A DNA stretch of 64,000 bases, from NCBI GenBank assembly GCA_965178125.1, contig OZ237766.1, positions 1 to 64,000 of the forward strand. The letters run 5' to 3'. The notes beneath the pieces are model-generated. The model searched no databases, was not told the origin of the DNA, and saw nothing but the letters and a program-made list of their open reading frames with translations. Of this stretch, positions 37,418 through 48,674 are shown one piece after another. Origin of the DNA: Bilabrum cf. latius. Its lineage: Eukaryota. Both the position numbers and the translations under genes were made by a program. Within the stretch, counting starts at the first letter, position 1, and the number at the start of each line of letters is the position of its first letter.

Positions 37418-37855
37418 TCAGCTCTCCTCGCCGCCCGAGGTGCCATCCCTCTTTTCGCCGCTGCCAATTGCATCTGCATCGACACCGTGCGGTGCAGCCT
37501 GAGGATCCAGAGTGCTTGTCCGGACCCAGTCCAGGTACTCGTGGAGCCCTCCCCTCACGTCAGTGAAGATAACCTCTGGCACGTCATAAGGGTGCACCTC
37601 TCGCACGTGGGCAATCAGCCTGTCCGCCAGGCTACTCCTCGTCTTTGCGATCAGCAAGCTCTCCGAGTCCTCCTCCACGGCACCCTTCCAGTGATACACG
37701 CTGGTGATGCCGGGTACAATGTTCACGCAAGCTGCTAGCTTCGCTTCAACGATGCTTCGGGCCACTTCCTTCGCTTTGCTAGGCGGAGCCGTGATGAGCG
37801 CGACTTTGATGCCATCCTCAGCTGCATCCTTGCTGGATGCATGCATTGACGCCAT
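37418..37855 (-). CDS. cutA: CutA1 divalent cation tolerance protein
   Basis: KLAACVNIVPGITSVYHWKG..HPYDVPEVI..YLDWV; the start may lie further upstream. Confidence 0.93.
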   Translation of the reverse strand: MASMHASSKDAAEDGIKVALITAPPSKAKEVARSIVEAKLAACVNIVPGITSVYHWKGAVEEDSESLLIAKTRSSLADRLIAHVREVHPYDVPEVIFTDVRGGLHEYLDWVRTSTLDPQAAPHGVDADAIGSGEKRDGTSGGEES

Positions 37856-38309
37856 TCTTGCCCCCGTCTGCACAGAAGCAAGCGGGGCAGTCCGGGGTTG
37901 CACTTGGAGCGGAGACAGATCGCTTGTGTTTTTCGCCACCGAGACCGCTACAACCTGCGCATATTGCATTCGGCACGCATTAATCACAACTGGTCGCTAG
38001 TATAGACTGAAAAATCGCCCAGCAGAGCACCGAAGGCGAAGTAAAGGCCTCGCAAGCGACCGCATCGACAACGTGCCCTGCTGCTGCAGAAGACCCTTCT
38101 AGACGGAGAGTGTTGCAACGCAGGCCTTACCGATACAGTCAATGCTTTGAGGAGAAACTTAAGTATCGGCAGATTGCAACGTGTATGGTGAAAGCCAGTG
38201 GCCTGCCAGTGTGGGTGAGCTTAGGGATTGATCGCACTGCAGCGCGGTCACAACGCCAACGCCAGGCAGCATCTCTGCACAGTCCCGCAAAGTCAAACCC
38301 ATTAGCATG

Positions 38310-39515
38310 TTACACTCGCAGCAGCTGCACCTTCTTCCCGAACGCAATCACAACCCAGTCAGGCAGGTTGGAGGGCCACAAGAGGCTGTTGATCTCTGCC
38401 TCCGCCCCGTAGGCCAAGATGGGGTCCTCCACAGGGGTGGGCAGCTGGCTCAAGTCCCAGATGAGGGCCTGAGTGTCGTCTGCTCCCGAGCACAGGTGGC
38501 ATGCACTGTGCGGGGCCCACGCCACCGAGTTTACTGGGTGCGAGTGCGCCGCTAGCTCCGCCACAGGCATGGACGGCACTCGAATGTCCACGATCGTGAC
38601 CTTGCTCTGGTCCTGCGCGGCGCACGCGATATAGTTGGTGTCTATCTTGTTCCAAGCCAGCCTCAGCATGGGTGCCTGGTTGGGAGTCTCGTACATGATG
38701 GTCGAGTGGTCCAGCTTGCGCAGGTCGAACAGACGCAGGGAGCCATCCGCACCCACTGTGCCGAAGATGTTCTTGCTCCTGGAGAAGGCGATGTCATACA
38801 CTTCCTTGTCATGCGCGATGATCTGCGTACGGATGCGCTGCTGGTCCACGTCCCAGATGGTGCACGTGGTGTCGATGGACGAGGTGCCGATCAGGTTGGG
38901 GTCCTCCTCGTTCCAGTCGAAGCTCGTCAGCGGGGCGCAGTACTCGCTATTCTTGTTCGAGTTGAATAGACCTTCCTGCGCCACCGAAGACGTGGCCGTG
39001 GAGGAGCCCCCCGCGGGCGGCTCCCCGTCCCTGTAGCTCCACAGTCTCAGGTAGTCCCCTGTGGTGGCAAGGATGTCGCGCTTGGCTGCCAGCGCCTTGG
39101 GCGCCCACATGATCTTCGTCGCGGGGTACGGGTGGTCGAACTGGGCCTTTTCCTTAAACTCGGCCGTATCCTCGTCTATCTCCACTATCTTGATGCGGTT
39201 GCAGTATTCCTCGATGAAGCTGCCAAGGGCAAGCCGGAATGCGACGCCGGGGGCTGGCGCGTTGCTCGATGACATGCCATACACTGTCCAAGGGGCCTCA
39301 TATGTATGTATTTCTTTCTTGTCAATACCTTTTTCAGATGCTGCGCCTGCTGTTTCTGTCCCTTCCTTCGCAGCAGAGCTGGACGACGACGAGGTTGCTT
39401 CCCCCCCTGCTGGTGCATCACCCGCACGACCTCTTGATGCAGCCGCAACTGATTCACCTTCCATTGGTACTGAGCTCGGCACCGCTGGTGGTCCACTACT
39501 TCCTGTGCTTGCCAT
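38310..39515 (-). CDS. DCAF7: WD40 protein of the DCAF7/WDR68/AN11 family
   Basis: FDHPYPATKIMW, CAPLTSFDWN, TSSIDTTCTIWD, IAHDKEVYDIAF; canonical C-terminus QLLRV followed by TAA. Confidence 0.96.
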   Translation of the reverse strand: MASTGSSGPPAVPSSVPMEGESVAAASRGRAGDAPAGGEATSSSSSSAAKEGTETAGAASEKGIDKKEIHTYEAPWTVYGMSSSNAPAPGVAFRLALGSFIEEYCNRIKIVEIDEDTAEFKEKAQFDHPYPATKIMWAPKALAAKRDILATTGDYLRLWSYRDGEPPAGGSSTATSSVAQEGLFNSNKNSEYCAPLTSFDWNEEDPNLIGTSSIDTTCTIWDVDQQRIRTQIIAHDKEVYDIAFSRSKNIFGTVGADGSLRLFDLRKLDHSTIMYETPNQAPMLRLAWNKIDTNYIACAAQDQSKVTIVDIRVPSMPVAELAAHSHPVNSVAWAPHSACHLCSGADDTQALIWDLSQLPTPVEDPILAYGAEAEINSLLWPSNLPDWVVIAFGKKVQLLRV

Positions 39516-39802
39516 GTTGGGTTCAATAATGCAAACAACTTATAGCAACTGATGGCAACAGATTGGAGTCGTTTCAAGCCCTAGACTGAGTACTCGACAA
39601 GTTTAAGTTTTTTTTCTATTCGATTTCTTGTACGCCTTGTACTGATATTTCGTGCTGCCCGAAGTTTGCTTGGCCGGTAGAATTGAAACGGCGATCGAGA
39701 AATAGCACTGTACAATTGAAATCGAACGTTCCAGATAGGTTCGGTCATATGATTCGATGACGTGGGAAAGAATTGAGCCATCTGCACCAAGGAAATTGCG
39801 GA

Positions 39803-40416
39803 ATGCGCCATGCTTGGCAAGTGTTTGAACAGCCGAAACGGGCTGGTAGAATTTTGACGGGAATCCTCATTGCTGGCTGGACTTTCAAATGGATAGTGTG
39901 GGATTTGGTAAGGGAGAGGCACTGCCTGCTGCGAAGCAATCTCGCCATCGTTTGTGGCTACGATATACCTGGTTCTTACTGTGATACTTTGGGGTTGTGT
40001 TTACTGTTGTTTGTCGTTGCGTGGTTCGAACTTCGTGTTGGGCACTGCTCGCTAGCTGCAACTGCTATTGTACTGGCTCATTTGTGCCGCAGGCTAGATC
40101 CGAATTCGCGGAACTTGAGTAGCGTCGAATGGAAAAGCTAGATGAAAGTTTTGCGCAGATGCAAGCCGGTAAGCGAAAGTGCACCCCGTCCTTGTTTGTC
40201 AGTGCCGCATCCTGGATCGAGCCTGAGAATGTTGAGAGATTTCTTTCCAAACACGCAGGAAATCGAGTGAATTGGAGGCTCGTGGAGGCTCGGGCGGATA
40301 GAGAAGAGAAGGTAGCCGCGGAGCTGTTGGGCCAGGGAATCCAGCTGATGCCCCTGGATGCAAGGGAAGCTGTGGACTAGGCTGCCGATCAGGATACACA
40401 CAGCGGCAGGAGCTGA
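39803..40416 (+). CDS. Small hypothetical single-pass membrane protein; intron 39908-40092
   Basis: A GTAAGG..CCGCAG intron joins a hydrophobic exon in frame with the ORF at 40129; two TAGs; stop TGA; no family recognised. Confidence 0.5.
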
Positions 40417-41240
40417 GCCATATACTGCCCATAGCTCTGCATGAACCACTCACTGGGTGGAGGGGGGGGGGGGGTTGTCATTCATTTTTGGAGCGACTGC
40501 CAGTGTAAGGCTGCGTGTGAGGCTCGGAGGCTCGGGTTGAGCACCGTTGTAGCTTAGAGTCCAGGCACCACTGGCGCGGCGCACGTGCTATGGTCTGCAA
40601 CTGCTTGGACCCCGCGTTGGGATGCATGGGTCGCCCTTACCCCCTCTTCGGGCGAGCATATGCGTGTCTTCAGGGCCATACAGGTGTCTCCGTGGCTGCG
40701 TGTTTGTGCCCATACAACGCGCCTGATCGGAGCAAGTGGCGGTACTGCACGCTGTTCGAGCGTTTCTAGCGGCTGCTACCAGCCTAGGATGCTGTAAATG
40801 ACGCGCGTGCATCGTCATGATTGATTGTGGATCGGAGCGGCCGCACTGGTTGTCGTCACAGTGATCCACCCTTTCGTGCGTCTCGCATTCTAGTCGTCTG
40901 ACTTGTACTTCACAGAGTGGCGGTGGGACGGCTGGTCCGATGCTCTCGGCTCGGATCATAGTTACGTGCACTTACAGTCGCTAGAGTGCCATATAACTGG
41001 AAGTGATGAGCAGGCCAGACAGAACCAGTGTGCGCGCAGACGTACTCGCTGGCAAGTCTTGGAATGAGAATCCTGATAAAGCGCATTAATCGTTGTGTAA
41101 ACAAGCTTCAAACGCTTAAAGCATTGCATTGGGGCAGTCGAGACGATAGTCGTACTACTGGCAGTGTTGCGTTCCGTCGCACGGGTCTTTCCTCACGAAC
41201 GCCGGCTCGACGTCATTTTCATTCTGGCGGATCTGCAAGC

Positions 41241-41859
41241 ATGGCCGCATCAGCTGATGGCTCAAGTACTTCTATCATCAAAGGCAAGCGTGTTGGGCAA
41301 GTAATTAAACTTAAACCGGAGAAGTACGATGAGTACAAGAAGCTGCACGCAAGCGTATGGCCGGACGTCTTGAAGAGGATCCACGACAGTAATATTCGTG
41401 ATTATACAATATACTACTCTCCAGGTCAGTATTTGTCATGCTCTTCTTCGTAATACCGCTTTTTCCAGTATTGCATAGAACATGCGATCTTCCAAGGCCG
41501 CCCCGACTCGATTCATCGCAGAAGTAGGATGCCTTTTCAGCCACTTCGTGTACGTCGGGGAAGATTGGGATAAGGATATGGCAGCCATTGCCGCGGACGA
41601 GAAAACTCGGGAATGGTGGGCTGTTTGCGATCCGTGGTGAGTGCAGGCAGAGTATCTCGAAGATTGAGTTTGCCATACCACCGCTGCGGTTTCCAGTCAA
41701 ACGAGTGGGACAGCACGTCACTGAAAGCTACAATAATCAACTTTGAGGTTTCGCAGCCAAGAAAGCGTCGCACCTGATGCCGCTAAAGGGTCGGCTGATT
41801 CGGACGCAACTGGCCGCCCCTGGTGGCAGGGCATGGAGGAGCTCTTCCACTCCGACTGA
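41241..41859 (+). CDS. L-rhamnose mutarotase (DUF718) family protein; introns 41425-41521 and 41637-41756
   Basis: KLKPEKYDEYKKLHASVWP..IRDYTIY / LFSHFVYVG..DMAAIAADEKTREWW / WWQGMEELFHSD then TGA. Confidence 0.9.
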
Positions 41860-42153
41860 TGAAGTGCGCGTCTGTTGATCACTGAGCCTATGCATGTTTT
41901 ACGATTTGGTGCGCCATTGTGGGTGCACGTGGTGCATGCTGTCTTGCTGGCAGGGGGCCAGTGGCAGTGGATGCAGGCCTTGCAGTTGGTGGCCCGCTGC
42001 TCAGGATTCCTAGAAGCCCACTACTTGTCAAGTATTGCACCCATCGTATGCTTACAACCACAATCGTAGTATCGAATCGGATCCACAGGCGGTCGGCCCC
42101 CGTGCCACCAGCAGAGTCGGTGTCAGGCACCCCCTCTGGAAGTACCTCGGCAC

Positions 42154-43065
42154 TCACTGGTACCTGCCTTGTCGGATCCAGACCTGTGATACCCATTTTT
42201 CCTCATCCGCCTCTTCTCCTGTGTGCAGAGCCAGCTTGTCCAGCTTGCCGTCGAGCGTGCACGGGAAAAACACCAGCGCCTTGCCCTTCTTGGGGAGTAC
42301 CCGCAAGTCCAGCTTGGGGAAGTACGTGCCGCCGCCAGATGCGGCATCTGTCAAATACACAAGCACAGTGCCGACTCTGTTCCCGCCCGTGAAGCAGCAT
42401 TCCCTTCCTGGGGCAGTGTTCAGATCGAAGGCGTCGAAGTGCGACTTGTAGAACTGGCCCTTGTAGTACCGACACACCTATGGGGGCTCTTGGTGCGTCG
42501 GCGGCTTCTTAGTAAGCTTTGCCACTTTATCACACAGCCATGATACGGATGCTTTGTTCAAGAAACAACTCTGGCTCGTGCGCGTTGGTGCAGAGCTCTT
42601 GCCCGCCGTCCCGTCCACCACGATACTTCGTTTTAGTCCAGGACCACCGACTGCTTTGAGCTCATCGCATTCATCCGATGTCAAGAAATTTTCAATAACG
42701 TAAACTGGCGGCTGGTCAGAGACTCGCTTGAGCCTGGGTGTCTCTGCGAGGGGTTTCTTGATGGACACGTAGCCACGAAGCTCAATGAGCTGCTGTGCAA
42801 GTCTCCGGTAGCGAGCAGTCTAAACCTTCTTGCTATGGCCCAACGCTAGAGAAATCGGGCTTTGATTCTGCATCAATGCATTCCATCGAGTTGTCGTGGC
42901 AAAGCAGGCACCAATCTCACTCGGGTCAAGCGGCAAATAGTTGTCTTCTCGTCTATCTTTCTCTTCAACAAAGACCGCATGGGGGGCTACCTGTATTTTA
43001 GGAGAATCTGTCGTCGCTGGAATCACATACGGATCCACAGAAGCCGAACTGGACACGGCGGCCAT
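42154..43065 (-). CDS. Prolyl 4-hydroxylase alpha-like 2OG-Fe(II) dioxygenase (~303 aa)
   Basis: IENFLTSDEC, RTS, EPP[TAG]VCRYYKGQFYKSHFD, TVLVYL..GGGTYFP, LH..KW; stop TGA. 5' structure uncertain. Confidence 0.92.
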
Positions 43066-43561
43066 GCCGAGCCGCACCGATTGCTTGGTTCTTAAAGACG
43101 CAGTTCTCCAAGCAGCACCGTTGTTCTAAGGGAGCAGACTTGAAATCCCAAGCAGGCGCGGCTTGCTAAGCAGAAACTGTCGCAGTATCCTGGTAGGAGC
43201 CAAGAGTTCGTTCAGCAAGGAAACTTTGTGTTCCGACAAACTATGAAGATGAATGCGTGGCTTGGTCTCAACCGCCTTGCACTGGCCAGGATGTACTGCA
43301 CGAGGCGGCCTGCTGCCTCAAGAGGTGGTGGCTCCACCGGATGGCACATTTACAATATCATCAATGCATTTGGATCGTGTTTGGCGCAGGGGGGGCTTGC
43401 TGGGTATATACCAGTATTTTATAACATCTCGTAACAATGGCTGCCTGTCCGTTCGGCGTTCGGAGCGAACTTCATCCATCCAACACGGTCGCACTAAACC
43501 ATCCATTTGGGCTGCCCTTTAAGCGTATTGCCATCCTTTCCGTTTATCAGGAGTAATTAAG

Positions 43562-46500
43562 ATGGGATGCGGAACTAGTACCCCCGTGGTGGATGCGTCA
43601 AATCAGAACGTCCAAGTGATGGCACACCGTTCGCAGTCGTAGTCGCACAAAGAATACGTGGCCATGCCAAATCAGGTCAGCGTTGCGAAATATTTGTTGT
43701 GAAGCCGAGATGGAGGTCAAGTTATCGCCACATTTAGTGGTGCCTTGCTTTCGCACCCAATTGGATCGCAGGCAGGAACCAACATTGAGGACCCAGACAC
43801 GGCCAAGTCCGGCGTTTTTTACCACGTGTCCGTTTCAATATGGATGGCAAAGGGTCTCATCGAGGCAGATTCTTTGGGAGGCTCTGATCCGTACGTAATC
43901 GCCGAGTGTCAGGGCGTGAAGCTGAGGACCGAAACGGTGCAGTCCAACACGTGAGCCGAGCCTGCAGGTTGGTAAATAGAATTCTGCTTGTTTGGAGGGT
44001 GTGCTCCAGGCATCCCATGGGGGCCTCTTCGTTGGCATTGTCTGCGTGCTGGCGTCACCTGATGGCCGTGTTCCGCTGCACCAGGGGATCCACTCAGCCT
44101 CACTGCCAGAGGCACCAACCGATCCACTCACGATACGATGCACAAATCCCAGATCGCCCCCCTCCTCCTCATTGCACTGCCCCGCAGCAATCCCGTGTTC
44201 AACGAGCGGTTCGACTTCATGCTCAAGTCCAAGCCCAGCTACATCACCTTCGCCCTCATGGACAGCGACCTGGCAACGAGCGACGACCCGCTGGGCCAGT
44301 GCTACATCGCCCTGGATGCATCCCATTGCAGCGAGCAGGGCCACCCCGTGCAGTGGCTGGATGTCAACAGCACCCCGGAGATGAAGCAGCAGGGCGTGGA
44401 GGCAACCGGCCAGCTACAGGTGCAGGCCAACTGCACGGAGGTCCGGGCCTCTGCCGAGGACGCCGAGACCCAGGCCCGCATGCGGCAGGTGCTCTCCCTC
44501 GGGGTGCACAGCCTCCTGCTCACCTCTGTGCAGTTCAAGCCCGAGCAGGCCGCCAAGGCCCTCCGGTGCGCCCGCGGAGGAGAGCTGCTCCTAGTGTTCA
44601 TCGTGCAATTCGGGCAACACACGGTCCGCTCCCCAGCCATCCCCGTGGACCAGGCGCTGGTTGAGATAGGGACACCCATCCCCATCCACAAGCAGGCCAG
44701 GTTCTGGGTACTGGCAGGCCAGGAGAATTACGTGGCTCGCGTGTACATCTACGCAGACACCAACCGCAAGGCAGGGGCGGACCCTGATCTGGAGCTGCTG
44801 TCCATCGCCAACGTGCCCACCAAGCGGCTGCTGGAGGGCGTGACGGCGGACCGGGCCTCCAAGAAGAAATCGATCGATGAGGGGGCAGAGGACAAACCAG
44901 CGGCAGGCAAGGGCAAGGGCAAGGGCAAGGGCGGCAAGATTGCGGAGAGTGCCACCCAGCACATGAGCGTGGGCTTCCTCGCCGCTGCACTCAGCGACGA
45001 GGACGGAGATGGGGCACTGGGAGACAACCAGCTGCGGGCGGCTCTCATCGCGCGCCCCAAGCTGCACGTCCAGGGGCCGGGGCAAGCGCTGCGCCGGGAG
45101 CAGACGCAGGCGGCCCAGCTGCGGAAGGCGCACACCTAGGAACGGAAGGCCTTGAGGAGGCAGGCGGCCACTCGCCACGTGCTGCCCGAGGGCACGGACG
45201 AGAGTGCCAAGAGTGCCCAGGGCGAGGCGGATCTGCGTGGCACCGTGGTGGCAGGGGGCAAGGGGACGTTTAGCAAGGTGCTGGGCGAGCAGGAGGTGGC
45301 GCCTGCCCTGCGAGACGAGCTGCTGGGTGTCAAGATGGTGCAGGGGGGCGTGGACGAGAAGATACAGGCAGGCGCAGGGGCCAGCGGAGCGGGAGGGGCT
45401 GCATCGGGGGCAGGGGTGGACAGGGACGTGGGCAGCGGCGGCGTGCACACGCTGATCCGGCCCTCCGCAAAGGACGCTGCGGCAGCGATGGCGATCGTGG
45501 GTGTGCGCGGCGTGTTCAGCAGCAAGGTGGATCTGGAGCGCGTGTTTTTCTCCCGTCTGCTGGAGCGGTTCGACGGAGACAAGGACGGCAGGCTGGAGAA
45601 GGAGGAGATCCTCATGGGGCTCTCTGCGCTGAGTCACGGGGACATCAACAAGGGGCTGGGCATGGACGACAAGGGCATCGAGGAGCTGTTCGACCGGCTG
45701 GACGCAGACGGCAGCGGGGCTCTCGAGGAGTCCGAGCTGCTTCGGTTCCTGCGGTCTGCCGAGTTCTAGTCGTCTCGGATGGCCGCCACGATGATGGCCT
45801 ATGTCTTGGACGGGCAGGGGGGCGTGCAGGAGATGATGACCGGCTTCAAGGACCCTGATGCCCGCAGGGTGGGGCAGCTGCAGGCGGTGCGCGGGGGCGG
45901 CAAGATCCTTGCGGGCGCCGAGGAGCTGGACACGGTGGGGGAGCTGTACGGGATGGAGCGCAGGACGGGAATGGTGGTCAAGGAACACATCCCGGGGTAC
46001 GTGCGCATGGCCCTCAACATGCTGTACAAGGCGGGTGACCTGGCCAAGCTGAGTGGGGTGCGGGCCGCGCTCTCCCAGTTCTCCGCCCACGAGGGGGCCG
46101 AGAAGAACGAGCCCTCGAGCGTAGATGGGATTGCAGACTTCATCGCGCAGTTCGGAATCGACGAGAGGGAGATGCAGTTGCCGGTGGAAGCGTTCGGGTC
46201 CTTCAACGAATTCTTCTACCGCAAGCTGAAGAAGGAGGCGAGGCCCATCGCTGCTCCAGAGGACGACTCTGTGCTGGTCTCGCCCGCGGACTGCAGGCTC
46301 AACGTGTTCAACACCATCACGGACGCCACTCGGCTCTGGATCAAGGGCAAGCAGTTCAGCGTGGACCAGCTCTTCGGCACGGGTGCAGACGAGGTCAAGC
46401 GCAAGTACGCGCCCAGGTTCCAGGGCGGCTCGCTGGTCATCGCGCGCCTGGCCCCGCAGGACTACCACCGGTGGCACTTCCCCGTGAGCGGGACGCTGTC

Positions 46501-46957
46501 GCCGCGCATGCCCGTGGATGGTTGCCTGTACACGGTGAATCCAATCGCGATCAAGAAGGAGCTTGACGTGTACACGGAGAACAAGCGGCTGCTGCACTTC
46601 GTGGACACGGAGGACTTCGGGACCGTGGGGATGGTGGCTGTGGGGGCCACTGTGGTTGGCTCGATCCACATCACGGTGGAGGACGGGTCCAAGGTGCGCA
46701 AGGGGGACGAGCACGGGTACTTTGCTTTCGGGGGGAGCACCGTGCTGCTGCTGTTCGAGCCGGGGAGGGTGCGCTTTGACGCCGACCTGCTTGAGAACTC
46801 GTATGAGCGCGGTCTGGAGACCATCGTCAAGGTGGGAGACAGGATCGGGCAGGCGGTGCCTCCGGGGGTCGCAGATGGGGGCAGGGAGGCGGAGGGAGCC
46901 GCGGCAGGAGGCGCAGCGGCGGCGGCTGCTGCTGGTGGGGAGGAGGAGGGGACCTGA
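43562..46957 (+). CDS. PSD2: Type II phosphatidylserine decarboxylase (MGC N-terminus, C2 domain, EF-hands, PSD domain); introns 43676-43771 and 43951-44187
   Basis: C2 motifs SDPYV..NPVFNE; EF-hands DGDKDGRLEKEE and DADGSGALEESE; FNEFFYRKLK, SPADCR, RLAPQDYHRWH, FGGST; TAGs at 43640, 45137 and 45767. Confidence 0.93.
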
Positions 46958-47063
46958 TTTATGCGGTGCATTGCACGCACCCTTATTTGAGATGTGCCCA
47001 TCAAGAGACGATTGCTGCCCTGCCATGGATACGGTCGCCGAACCCAGATCACTTGATCCACAC

Positions 47064-48443
47064 TCATTTCCCTCTCTTCCCCGCGCCCCCGCTCGCTGCA
47101 CCACCTGCGCCCCCACCGCCCCCGACAATGCCGGCGGCCTGCAGTGCCGCCCTGGCCGTGTTGGAGATGTGTGCGAACCGCTTCGGTCCCAGCAGCACGC
47201 CCCCGTACCAGCGGGTCACCACCACGCACGCGTCCTGCGCCCCCGCCAGCTCCAGCAACGATGACATCCTGGCGCCAGCCCCGCTCTCCCCGTCCTCGTC
47301 GTTGTCGCTCACCACCACCGGTGGATCGGCCACCTCCCCGCCCTCGGTCCTCCGTCTGAACCTGAAGGCGAGCATGTTGTGAGTGGCCTTGGCCACCCGC
47401 TTGTCCTCCAGGAGACGAGCCAGCACGGCGCGCACCTCCGCCTCACTCGTCACACGGGCCGCGAATCCCACGAACTCCGACTTCCGGTCTATCAGCGATG
47501 GACCCTTGTGGATGGTGGGGCATTCCACCACCACTTCGCCGGTGCTGGTGCCGGTGCTAGCGCTGGCTGATTCGGCCGCAGCTGTACCCTCTGTGCCTGC
47601 TGCAGGTCTAGCGCTAGGTGACCCGTCTCCGTCTGAGACAGCCAGACTCTTTGCATCCCCGCTGGCACTGGCACTGCCAGCGCCCTCGCCGGCCCACGCC
47701 TCCAAAGCAGCCTACCGCACTGCCTGTGCCGCTGCAAGCACGTGTTCCTGGGCCGACTGGCACTGCAGCTGAGAGCTCAGGCTGCTGCCAGCTGCACCAG
47801 TGCAAGTCCCAGCATCAATCGGTGCCGTTCCCTCCTCTACACCGCTGCCAGACGCACTACCAGTGATTCCCTTGCATGTGCCTTTGCCATCTCTATCAGC
47901 TTTTCCCAGCGCCCCCTGTGCAGGTGGTACCCTCACCCAACCATCCTCCAGGCCAATTGGCACGCCAGGTGTGGCCGCCCCGGGGCCTGCCGCAGACCCA
48001 GATGCAGTCCCACCAGGCTGCTGCAGCACGCCCCCGCGCACCTCCAGGGATGTTTCCCACGCTTTGGCTCGCAGTGCGGCGAGCGCCTCTTCGTTGATCC
48101 CCTTGCCAATGAGCATGAGCGAGGCACCAGCCTCAGGGTATGCCAGCGGGATATCAGCGACCATCCGCACTGTTCTGGTAGTAAGCCCACTACTGTTGTC
48201 GCATAGAGAAATAGTCAGTCTGTATGACGACAGCTCGCTGCTTGCAAATGCAGCCAGAGCGGCGTCTGGATCGCTTCCGATCGTTCGCATTGCATGCAGC
48301 AGCCTCCTGGGCTCGGGTGCCGATACTCGTTCAGCCCCTAGGCTGGATGTGCCTTCGAACCCGTCGCAAAAGCTACCCCCAAACGTTGCTTCAAGCGCTT
48401 CGATCTCATCAGATTGCCTCTTTATCTATTCCGATGTCGACAT
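47064..48443 (-). CDS. IMPACT: IMPACT/Yih1 family protein (RWD + UPF0029 domains, ~459 aa)
   Basis: QSDEIEALEATF, YP motif, DRKSEF, ATHNMLAFR, DEDGESGAG, VVVTRWYGGVLLGPKRF; TAGs at 48426 and 47712; stop TGA. Confidence 0.92.
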
Positions 48444-48674
48444 GGTCGGGTGGATACTCTAGTCCCGTGACCGACCACTGGCAGATTGCTCTTGCCGCGC
48501 TCTTCTGCGCAGCTTCCTCGCTTCCCGTCTCTACTTTCTGGCATCGCAATCCATTCGCTCAGGTATACACAGCCCTTGATCTCAGATGAGCCTCGAGCGA
48601 GGAGTTGCTCTTCGTTGAACGTTCGTTTGCGGGAGCGAACCTAATCGAGCCGGCTCGCCCGACCTCCAATCAGC

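Noticed and set aside
42478-42480. Pyrrolysine or programmed readthrough at UAG
   Set aside because: TAGs are numerous, sometimes consecutive, lack a shared downstream context, and fall at Gln positions.
44591-47128. 845-aa minus-strand ORF (and similar long antisense ORFs at 14183-15580, 35919-37166 and 49661-51586)
   Set aside because: Shadow frames opposite well-supported genes, expected from GC-rich codon bias; no recognisable motifs.
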